Below, one piece after another: positions 9,114 through 17,433 of a DNA stretch of 26,224 nt (position 1 is its first letter; the number at the start of each line of letters is the position of its first letter). The position numbers were made by a program, and so were the translations under genes. Location: NCBI GenBank assembly GCA_043754515.1, contig JAYUUO010000246.1:1-26224 (forward strand). The letters run 5' to 3'. The stretch comes from Armatimonadota bacterium. GTDB taxonomy: Bacteria > Armatimonadota > Armatimonadia > Armatimonadales > Armatimonadaceae. The notes under the pieces are model-generated. The model worked only from the letters and a program-made list of their open reading frames with translations, had not been told where the DNA came from and searched no databases.

Positions 9114-9452
9114 ATGTCTTTCCTCACGTACGACGCTCTGTCGCGTATCGCGCGTTCGCTCGGCAGTACGCCGCTACAACTGATCGAAAGTTGGATCGAG
9201 CAGTATCAAAGCGAGGAAACGCAGCGGACGCTCCGACAGGAGTACCAACGGCTTATCGAAAAAGATTTGGCGCGCACACTGACGGAAGACAAGCAAAAAC
9301 GACTCGATGCCGTTTGTGACGAACTCAATGTGCTGGAAGCGCGGTCCCCGAATAATGCCGCGTGGCAACAGCAGGTAGGAACGGTAGACGCGCAACTGCG
9401 ACAGATTCATCGCCTTCTTGTCGCGCTACCGGAGCGACCGGTTAACCCGTAG
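9114..9452 (+). CDS. Hypothetical protein; RHH/CopG-like N-terminus plus coiled coil, antitoxin-like
   Basis: TYDALSRIARSLGSTPLQLIESWI helix-G-helix pattern; YQRLIEKDLARTLTEDKQKRLD helical hairpin; stop overlaps the HNH reading frame. Confidence 0.65.
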   Translation: MSFLTYDALSRIARSLGSTPLQLIESWIEQYQSEETQRTLRQEYQRLIEKDLARTLTEDKQKRLDAVCDELNVLEARSPNNAAWQQQVGTVDAQLRQIHRLLVALPERPVNP

Positions 9453-9727
9453 TCCGCGGTGTTCCCGCACGCTCGTACCGCGACTACCGGGCGTACCGTG
9501 CCCTGCTCCGTACCGACTTCCTATATCATTGCGCCTACTGTTTGACGCGGGAGTTTTATCTGGGTGGCGACGTGGGCTTCGCCATTGGCCACCACCGCCC
9601 CCGTCGCGGCGATTCAGCCCGTCCCGATCTGGAGAACGACTACATTAATCTGTACTGGACGTGCGGCGAGTGCAATCAGAACAAGGGGCATACATGGCCT
9701 ACGGCCGCTGAAACAGCGCGCGGCTAT
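9446..9727 (+). pseudogene. HNH endonuclease remnant, lacking a canonical start and fused in frame to the Rhs fragment
   Basis: Frame open from 9446: ...YRDYRAYRALLRTDFLYHCAYCL...FAIGHHRP...DYINLYWTCGECNQNKG (CxxC...HH...N...CxxCN). No ATG/GTG before CAYC; the usual DH is GH. Confidence 0.8.
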
Positions 9728-11054
9728 GACGGCGACGGCAACGCGATCGCCTACGCGAGCGGGACGTTAGACTACGACGAGGAGAGCCGGTTAGGAAGCC
9801 TCACGATCTCGGGCGGCACGAGTCCCGGCTACCGGGCGGGCTATCGCGGGGACGGGCTACGGGCGTGGCGGGTCAGTTCGTCCGGGACGGTGACGTACTT
9901 CGTGTATGACGACGCGAGCGGCACGCTCCAGTACGAGGTCGAGGGGAGCGCGGGGGCCTACACGATCCGCAACGCGTATGGACATGGGGCAGCGGGCCTG
10001 GCGCAACGGTTCCAGCCGACGGTCTCGAACCGGGTGACGAGTTTCGCGTATGACCCGAGCGGCAACACAGTCAGCCGCTCGATCAGTAGCGGGACGAGCA
10101 CGTTGCCGTCGGGCTACCCGACCGAGGTGGCCTTGTACGACGGGTACGGTAAGCCGGTCGCGGACGTGTCGTGTAGCGTGGCGTACAGCACCACCACGGG
10201 GCCGACTTCCTACGGGGCGGGCTACAGCGTCGGATTCGGCGGGCACAGCGAAAACGCGGCGTTTTTCGCGAGTGGGGTTACTACACCGAGAACAACACCC
10301 AACTCGTTACGGGTAACGTGCGCGATAGAGGCCTGCTCCTCTGCACCCACCGCTACTACGACCCCATCAACGCAAGGTGGCTCAACCGGGACCCGGCGGG
10401 CTACGACGGGGACGTCAACATCTATGACTATGTCCAGGGGAATCCTGTCATGGACGCCGACCCCAGCGGGCTTGATGCAGTATTCATCTACGGTCCTGAT
10501 TGGAGATCCAATGACCATACTTGGAAATACGTAGCCGAATACTGGGCAAACCTGCACGACCAAGATGCGGCCCGAAGGAAAACGGGACAGAAATCGCATG
10601 TGTTTCTTGTGAGATGTTTTCAGGATATCCAAAACTCCTTGAACACGAAAAACATCGACACCCTCGTAATACGTCGGGCATTCAGGAATCATAGGCGATC
10701 TCAGTAAGTCCCCTCTGAACTCCTGACTGTACCTAAAGAATGAAAGTAAAGGAGGACAAGACATACCCTCCTCATCAATAAGTTCTTTGAGCACTCGGAA
10801 TGTGCGGAAAGGTGCTTTTATATTCGTTTTTGGTTGTGGTACAGCAGGGCGATATGACCAACCGACGGTGGGATTGCATCTTAACGATCTAAGGCCCGAC
10901 CAGTTGAGTATGACACAGGCGTTTGCAAACCAATTCGGTAGCAACGCCCTGGGTTTCGAGATGCACGTATCTTTCCCCACAAGCAAGCCCAAAAAATCGT
11001 GGCTCAAGGGTTACAACTTCCATAACTTTTTTGGTACTCGGTACTTCAATAATA
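9722..11054 (+). pseudogene. Rhs/YD-repeat polymorphic toxin remnant (repeats + core + C-terminal domain) with several lesions
   Basis: YDGDGN, YDEESRL, YDPSGN, YDGYG repeats; core (Q/E)WGYYT...GLLLCTHRYYDPINARWLNRDPAGYDGDVNIYDYVQGNPVMDADPSG. Lesions: 26-nt insertion at ~10245-10270, +1 at ~10669, TGA at 10724, IS at 11053. Confidence 0.85.
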
Positions 11055-11926
11055 TACCTCCGTCAAAAGTCTTTGCCCTGTTTGGTATAGTGCGTTTATG
11101 TCCTATGCCGCTCTAAAATCGACACCCCCCGAAGCCTTCAAGCGGGCGACCGGTGTCTCCGATTTCATGTTCTTCACGCTCCTCCAAGCCTACCGGACAT
11201 ATCACCCGCAGACCCCGATGGGCAGACCACGCCGTCTGTCGCCGGAAGATGAACTGCTCCTCGCTCTGATGTACAGCCGTCAATGGCTCCGCCATTGCGC
11301 GGGATCGGCGCCAATATCAGACGCATTTCCATATCGCCCAATCGCCCCCGGAGATTTTCTTGACCTATCAGGTCAGCGAAGCGACAGCGCGGCGCATCAT
11401 CGGGCAGACAGCACCAATATTACGCAGAGAAACCGCCCCGGCGGTTTTCTTGAGCGGGACGAAGAAGCGACACACGCAGAAGGCTCAGTTGATCGTCGCT
11501 GACGGGAGCAAAGCCATCGTCTGTGTCGCGACGGGCAAGGGGGTCGAGCATGACTCGCACTTGCTCAAGCGGAGCCGGGTGTTGCCCGGCACGAGACGCT
11601 TGGCGGACTCGGGGTACGTGGGGATGGACCGGGATCTGGTCTCGGGCAAGCGGGTGCGCGGCCCGGCAAGGACGTGTTGCCGCACAAGCGCGACTGCCGT
11701 CCGGGGCTGAGCAAGGCGGAGCGCGAGTTGAGCACGGAGCAGAAGCGGGCGAATCGGGAGCGGGCGCGGGCGCGGATCGTGATCGAACACGTGAACCGGC
11801 ATCTAAAGGTGTTCCGCATCCTTTCCGAGCGGTACTGCAACCGGCGCAGACGCTTCGGCCTGCGCCTGAATCTGATCGCGGCCATCTACAATCTCGGCTA
11901 CGCATCCGACTTTTGACGGAGGTATA
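11053..11926 (+). mobile_element. IS5-family (ISL2-like) insertion sequence, ~870 bp, defective
   Basis: Perfect 19-bp inverted repeats tatacctccgtcaaaagtc (11053-11071) / gacttttgacggaggtata (11908-11926); the outer TA is probably the target duplication; the repeats enclose transposase fragments. Confidence 0.9.
11098..11916 (+). pseudogene. IS5/ISL2 transposase pseudogene in three pieces
   Basis: FKRATGV...GRPRRLSPEDELLLALMY (HTH); YQVSEATARRII; SGTKKRHTQKAQ; GVEHD; LADSGY; RIVIEHVNRHLKVFRILSERYCNRRRRFGLRLNLIAAIYN. Frameshifted, and the first DDE aspartate segment is missing. Confidence 0.9.
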
Positions 11927-11992
11927 GTGCTGTGTTGCCCCATCCGTGATCCGGCCCGCGCGGGGCGTTCGCGGATCGGGTACGCTTCACCC

Positions 11993-12466
11993 ATGAACAC
12001 AACGAGCGAAATCACAGTCCGCGCCGCTACGGACGCCGACGCCGACATAATCGCCGCGTTCAACGTAGCGATGGCACGGGAGACCGAGTACAAGACGCTG
12101 ACGCCGGGAACGGTGCTCGCCGGGGTGCGCGGGCTATTGTCGCGCCCGGACTACGGCTTTTATCTGGTCGCCGAAGTCGGGAGAGCCGTCGCCGGTTGCC
12201 TTCTGGTCACGTTCGAGTGGAGCGACTGGCGCAACAGCTTGTTCTGGTGGATTCAGAGCGTGTATGTACACCTCGACTTCCGTAGGCGCGGCGTATTTAC
12301 GGCCCTGTACCGGGAAGTGGAGGCGCGGGCAGTGACCGAGCCGGGGGTGTGCGGCTTGCGGCTCTATGTGGAGCAGGATAACGAGGCGGCGCGGGGGACA
12401 TACCGCGCTCTGGGGATGAGCCAGACGCCCTACCAGATATTCGAGCGAGTGGTTTCGGCGGATTAG
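11993..12466 (+). CDS. GNAT family N-acetyltransferase
   Basis: FEWSDWRNSLFWWIQSVYVHLDFRRRGVF (motif A), RLYVEQDNEAARGTYRALG. Start chosen at ATG 11993. Confidence 0.92.
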   Translation: MNTTSEITVRAATDADADIIAAFNVAMARETEYKTLTPGTVLAGVRGLLSRPDYGFYLVAEVGRAVAGCLLVTFEWSDWRNSLFWWIQSVYVHLDFRRRGVFTALYREVEARAVTEPGVCGLRLYVEQDNEAARGTYRALGMSQTPYQIFERVVSAD

Positions 12467-12479
12467 GGTAGAATCGTGT

Positions 12480-14648
12480 ATGGCCGTCACTTTCGCCCCA
12501 ATCGCCTCGGATTTCCACGCGCAACATAGTCCGTTCGGCGCGTTTTCGTCCTTCACGGTGGGGCGGAGCGGCAAACAGGGCGGCTTCGGGATGGAGATCG
12601 GGGTGCCCGGCTCCCAGGATGTTTATGTCACATTGGCGCGTGAGGACGGCGGCAAATACGGCCCGGCGCGTGCCCTACCCTTCTACGGGACACCGTCGGA
12701 CGCGGTTGTCGGCGCGGGACCCGGCGCGTCTGATGCGTGGCGCGTCTATTCCACCGAGGAGTTCACGCGGAGCATGGGCTGGGCGAGCGACGCATGGAGT
12801 ACGCGCGACGGGTTGACCTTCCGCCTACTCACCCCGTTCGGCGTTGTCCCCGACCCTCTCACGGTCGGTGACGCGGTGCTACGTTCTCTGCTCTGTCCGG
12901 CGATTCTGGCGGAGATCGAGGTGGACAACCGGGATCATGACGTCGAGGCGCGGGCCTTCTTCGGCATCGGCGACACGTCGCCGCTTCGCCCGCTTTCCGA
13001 TGTCGCCCGCTCGGGGCTGGTCGGCGTGGCGCGGGGAGCGTGTTGGGGGATGGCGGTGCACGCCAATGAGGGCGTCTGGGAGATTCTCTGTCAGGATTTG
13101 GAGAGTGCCGTGGCATCCGCGGACCCCGCTGGGACTCCCCCATTAGACCGTCTGGCCAGCCGGGGCGGGTTGCTGTTCGCCGTTCCCGCCGGCGAGACGC
13201 GGACGATCACGATCGCGCTGGGGTTCTTCCGGGGCGGCGTCGCCACCAGCGGCGTCGCGGCGTCGTACCTCTACACCCGGCTCTTCGATGACCTGGAATC
13301 GGTGCTCGATTACGCGCTGGGCGCGGCGGCGCGGTGGAAGCTGACCGCGCTGGAGCGGGACGGGGAACTCGACCGCGCGCCCCTGAACGAGTCCCGCAAG
13401 TTCCTCGTCGCGCACGCGACGCATTCATATCACGGCTCGACGATGTTGCTCCACGACGAGAATGGTGACCTGCTCCTTTCGCCGAAGGAGTCGCGTCACC
13501 GGCCTCTCTGGGTCGTGAACGAGGGCGAATACCGGATGATGAACACATTCAATCTCACGGTGGATCACGCCTTCTGGGAACTCGAATACCACCCGTGGAC
13601 GCTGCGGAACACGCTGGACCTTTACACCCAACGTTATCGCTATTACGACGAGACCCAGGACGCGACCGACCCGTCCCGCCCCCGTTACCCTGGTGGCATC
13701 TCCTTCTGCCACGATATGGGGGTCGCCAACCAGTTCGCGCCGCACGGGTTTTCCGCCTACGAACAGCCCGACCGGGACGGTTGTTTCTCCTACATGACGG
13801 CGGAACAACTGCTAAACTGGTGTCTGTCGGCGGCACTGTACGCGATCACGGCCGGGGATCGGTACTGGCTCGGGTTGCGCCACGACATACTGATCGCCTG
13901 TCTGCATAGCCTTCTGCACCGGGACGGGCCGGACGGTTTGCGCAACGGGATCATTGCCCTCGACTCGGCGCGTTGCGGCCAAGGGCAGGAGATCACGACC
14001 TATGATTCGCTGGACACGTCGCTCGGGCAGGCGCGGTCTAGCGCGTATCTGGCGGTGAAGACCTGGGCGGCGTACCTCGCGCTCGGCAGGTGTTTCCAGT
14101 GGCTCGGCCACGGGGAGGCCGCCGCGCTTTCCGAAGAGCAGGCCGCGCTCACCGCGCAGGCGATAACGTCCCACTTCGACTTCGCGGACGGTTTCCTCCC
14201 CGCCGCGTTTGAGGTGGGCAATGGGGGCGGTCTCTCGCGGATCGTTCCCGCCATCGAGGGGCTGGCGTTCCCGTACTTGCTCGGGGATCACGAGGCGGTC
14301 TCCGAGGACGGACCGTTCGGCGAACTGATCACCCTCCTGCGGCTGCATCTGAGCACCGTGCTCCGTCAAGGCGTTTGCGTAGACGCGGCGAGCGGCGGCG
14401 TCAAGATTTCGTCCACGTCCGAGAATACTTGGATGAGCAAAATATTCCTGAGCCAGTGGGTGGCGGAAACGGTACTCGGTCTTCGCCTCGATGATTCCGT
14501 GGACGCCGCGCACGTCAAGTGGCAAACGCAAGGAGACGCGCGCGACTGGGCGTTCACCGACCAGGTGCGTAGCACGGACGGCAAAGATCTCGGCTCGCGC
14601 TACTACCCACGCGGCGTCACATCGGTGCTCTGGTTGCGCGAGAGCTAG
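12480..14648 (+). CDS. Glycoside hydrolase family 52 (beta-xylosidase-like)
   Basis: HAQHSPFGAFSSFTVG, WVVNEGEYRMMNTF, FCHDMGVANQF, CFSYMTAEQLLNW, EITTYDSLDTSLGQAR, SSTSENTWMSK, GSRYYPRGVTSVLWL. Confidence 0.92.
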   Translation: MAVTFAPIASDFHAQHSPFGAFSSFTVGRSGKQGGFGMEIGVPGSQDVYVTLAREDGGKYGPARALPFYGTPSDAVVGAGPGASDAWRVYSTEEFTRSMGWASDAWSTRDGLTFRLLTPFGVVPDPLTVGDAVLRSLLCPAILAEIEVDNRDHDVEARAFFGIGDTSPLRPLSDVARSGLVGVARGACWGMAVHANEGVWEILCQDLESAVASADPAGTPPLDRLASRGGLLFAVPAGETRTITIALGFFRGGVATSGVAASYLYTRLFDDLESVLDYALGAAARWKLTALERDGELDRAPLNESRKFLVAHATHSYHGSTMLLHDENGDLLLSPKESRHRPLWVVNEGEYRMMNTFNLTVDHAFWELEYHPWTLRNTLDLYTQRYRYYDETQDATDPSRPRYPGGISFCHDMGVANQFAPHGFSAYEQPDRDGCFSYMTAEQLLNWCLSAALYAITAGDRYWLGLRHDILIACLHSLLHRDGPDGLRNGIIALDSARCGQGQEITTYDSLDTSLGQARSSAYLAVKTWAAYLALGRCFQWLGHGEAAALSEEQAALTAQAITSHFDFADGFLPAAFEVGNGGGLSRIVPAIEGLAFPYLLGDHEAVSEDGPFGELITLLRLHLSTVLRQGVCVDAASGGVKISSTSENTWMSKIFLSQWVAETVLGLRLDDSVDAAHVKWQTQGDARDWAFTDQVRSTDGKDLGSRYYPRGVTSVLWLRES

Positions 14649-14699
14649 CGGCCCGGATAGTAGCGGCTTTGCGGGCTAGGTAGCCGGTCCGTAGGCGGG

Positions 14700-15194
14700 T
14701 CAGAGGCGCGACACCGTCCACGAGACCGGCTCCCCGTCCGCGTAGGGCATCAGGCCGTGAAAGGGGCGCGGGTCGCCGTCGAACACGAGCGGCAGGAAGT
14801 GCTTGTCGCCGGGCCACAGCGGCAGTCCCCCACCCAGCAGTCGCGCCAGCGGCTCCCACGAAAGCGTCCCCTCGGGGTTTGCGTCTAGCGGCTCGCCGTC
14901 CCATTCCGTCACGACGAACAGGAAAGACAGCCAGTCCTCGCCGTGCTTGCCAAACCCCGGCCAGGAGACGGTGCCCCGGAACGCACACTCGCGAACCTCC
15001 ACCCCCGCCTCCTCACGCAGCTCCCGGCGCAGACTCGCTCCGACATCCTCGCCCCGCTCGACCTTGCCGCCCAGGCCGTTGTACTTGCCGAGCGCGGGGT
15101 CGTCCGGTCGGGTGTTCCGGTGTATTAGCAGAACGCGGGACCGGTCGGACGAGACGAGGTAGGCGAGCGTGGCGAGAATCGGCGTGTACGGCAT
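14700..15194 (-). CDS. Nudix hydrolase, 8-oxo-dGTP diphosphatase-like
   Basis: KYNGLGGKVERGEDVGASLRRELREEAG Nudix box; NPEGTLSW; LPLWPGDKHFLP. Confidence 0.9.
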   Translation of the reverse strand: MPYTPILATLAYLVSSDRSRVLLIHRNTRPDDPALGKYNGLGGKVERGEDVGASLRRELREEAGVEVRECAFRGTVSWPGFGKHGEDWLSFLFVVTEWDGEPLDANPEGTLSWEPLARLLGGGLPLWPGDKHFLPLVFDGDPRPFHGLMPYADGEPVSWTVSRL

Positions 15195-15268
15195 ATTTTA
15201 TTGTACCGGCTTAACGCGCCAATTTTGTGGGTACACGGTGAGCATAGACCGTATACCGCCGAACCACC

Positions 15269-15934
15269 ATGGAAGAACTACCACTCGCCCATATATTGAA
15301 TGCCGCCCGCGCGACCTGGGACGAAAAATACCGCGCCCGCGAGACCGCCCTCGCGCACGGCCGCGCCCTGACCCGCACCTGCGCCAATGCGATCCGCGCC
15401 ATGCACCGGGGCGAGTTCGCGGAAGCGCGGGCCGCGCTCAATGGGGCGCGCACGGAGACAAGCCGGATAGCGGACGCGCTCTCGGCACACCCCGACCTCT
15501 ACTTCGCGGGATACGTGCAGGACGCGCACAAGGAACTCGCCGAGGCCGAGAATCTGCTAGCAATGATGCGCGGGGAACCATTGCCGACTCCGCAAGGTTT
15601 GGGCATCGAGACTGCCGCGTTCCTGAACGGACTAGCCGAAGCCGCGTCGGAAGGGCGGCGGTTCGCGCTGGATCGCCTGCGCCGCGGGGATGTCGCCCGC
15701 GCCTCCGCGATGCTGGAGGCGATGGACGAGATACTCTCCGCTCTGACCACGCTCGACTACCCGGACGCGGTGACGGGGGGCTTACGCCGCACTTGTGACG
15801 CGTTGCGCGCCGTGGTAGAGCGCACGCGTGGCGATGTCACGATGGCGGCACTACAGGAGCGACTTTTGCAAGCCATTCCCGCGCACGGCTCCGTTCTTGC
15901 ACTGCCGCGCGTGTCAATGAGCGACGCAGAGTAG
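15269..15934 (+). CDS. Translin/TRAX-family protein (predicted RNA-binding/RNase)
   Basis: All-helical; ARETAL...R, AIRAMHRG, DAHKELAEA (QEyxEA-like), FLNGLAEAASEGRR (YLxGLxDxxGELxR-like), GLRRTCDALR (LRRKxD-like). Confidence 0.85.
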   Translation: MEELPLAHILNAARATWDEKYRARETALAHGRALTRTCANAIRAMHRGEFAEARAALNGARTETSRIADALSAHPDLYFAGYVQDAHKELAEAENLLAMMRGEPLPTPQGLGIETAAFLNGLAEAASEGRRFALDRLRRGDVARASAMLEAMDEILSALTTLDYPDAVTGGLRRTCDALRAVVERTRGDVTMAALQERLLQAIPAHGSVLALPRVSMSDAE

Positions 15935-16080
15935 ATTTTTTGCGGTGGGCGGCTCGCGCCATCTACATCAAGCGATCACGCGTCCCCGCGCTAACCATCC
16001 CCCGCATTATCGCGAACCATGCCCGCCGCTTTATCGCCCCCCGCCTCCCGCCCCGGTGATATAATCCGGCGTAAGAGACA

Positions 16081-16728
16081 ATGCCAAACGCGCCGGATTT
16101 GTGTGTCATGCTGGACGGGATCGGCAAAACATTCGGTACGCGGCGCGTACTCGCGGACATCAGCGACACCATCCGTGGCGGCGAGTGTGTCGCCGTTGTC
16201 GGCGCGAACGGCTCGGGCAAGTCCACGCTCCTGAAGATCATCGCCGGATTGCTCCGCCCATCACGCGGCACCGTCTCGGCGCGGTTCGGGGGGCGCGCGA
16301 TCACGGACGCCGGGGAACGTCGGGGTTTGGTCGGCTACTGCGCCCCCGACCTGACCTTTTACGCGGAGCTTTCGGGCGCGGAGAATTTACGGTTTTTCGT
16401 CGAGGCGGGCGGCGGCGTCGTTTCGGCGGGCGAGATCGGGGCACGGTTGGACGCGGTCGGTCTCTCGGGGCGGGGCGCGGATAGGGTAAGCGTGTATTCA
16501 TCGGGAATGCGACAACGGCTACGGCTCGCGTTCGCGGTCGGGGGCGGAGACGTTCCGATTCTGCTCCTTGATGAACCGTCGCTCGCCCTTGATTCGGACG
16601 GCGTCGAACTGGCGCGGGAGGTAATCCGGTGCCAGAAGGAGCGCGGCGGGATCACATTACTAGCCACGAACGACGCGCGGGAAATCGCCTGGTCCGACCG
16701 GCGCATCGGCGTTGAGGCGCGGCCGTGA
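16081..16728 (+). CDS. ccmA: Heme exporter ATP-binding protein CcmA
   Basis: GANGSGKST, YSSGMRQRL, LLLDEP; first gene of the ccm operon; TATAAT upstream. Confidence 0.88.
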   Translation: MPNAPDLCVMLDGIGKTFGTRRVLADISDTIRGGECVAVVGANGSGKSTLLKIIAGLLRPSRGTVSARFGGRAITDAGERRGLVGYCAPDLTFYAELSGAENLRFFVEAGGGVVSAGEIGARLDAVGLSGRGADRVSVYSSGMRQRLRLAFAVGGGDVPILLLDEPSLALDSDGVELAREVIRCQKERGGITLLATNDAREIAWSDRRIGVEARP

Positions 16729-17414
16729 CCGCTCAGGCGTGGCTCCGCGCGGCGGGCGCGGTGTTCGTGAAGGATCTGCGCACGGAGTGGCGTAGCCGCG
16801 TCGCCGTGCTGTCGGTCGGCCTGTTTTCGCTGTGTACGCTGACGCTGATCGGCCTATCGCTCGCGGGAGCGCGGGCGGCACCCGAGGTCGCGGCGGGCCT
16901 GCTGTGGGTGCTGACGTTGTTCACGGCGGCGACGGGACTAGGACGCGCCTTCGTGCAGGAAGAGGAGCGGGGCACCGCGCTCGCGCTTCGTCTGTCGGCA
17001 CCCGGAACGGCGGTCTGGGCGGGTAAGTTCGGGGCGAACGTGGTGTTGCTACTAGCACTGTCCGCGCTCAGCACGCCACTTTTGCTTATGATTCTCGCGG
17101 TAAAAGTAATGAACCCGTCATTACTCGCGTGCGTATGTATACTGGGCGTGCTGGGTACCGCCGCGACATTCACCATGACGTCCGCGCTGGTCGCGCTGTC
17201 GTCGGCGAAGGGGGGACTGCTCCCCGCGCTGTCGTTCCCGGTGCTCGTGCCGCTGTTTCTCGCGGCGGTGCACGGCACGAAGGCGGCACTGGGGGTGGGG
17301 AACGAGGCGGGCGCGTTTGCGCCAGGCGCGGGCGACGCGCAGGTGCTATTATCCTATGCCGTGATCTCGATCACCGCATCGCTGATGCTATTCGATTTTG
17401 TTTGGAGCGACTGA
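16725..17414 (+). CDS. ccmB: Heme exporter membrane protein CcmB
   Basis: KDLRTEWRSR, FVQEEERGT, LLPALSFPVLVP; about six hydrophobic segments; GTGA overlap with ccmA. Confidence 0.92.
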   Translation: MTAQAWLRAAGAVFVKDLRTEWRSRVAVLSVGLFSLCTLTLIGLSLAGARAAPEVAAGLLWVLTLFTAATGLGRAFVQEEERGTALALRLSAPGTAVWAGKFGANVVLLLALSALSTPLLLMILAVKVMNPSLLACVCILGVLGTAATFTMTSALVALSSAKGGLLPALSFPVLVPLFLAAVHGTKAALGVGNEAGAFAPGAGDAQVLLSYAVISITASLMLFDFVWSD

Positions 17415-17433
17415 ACTTTTTGTCTGTTTATCT

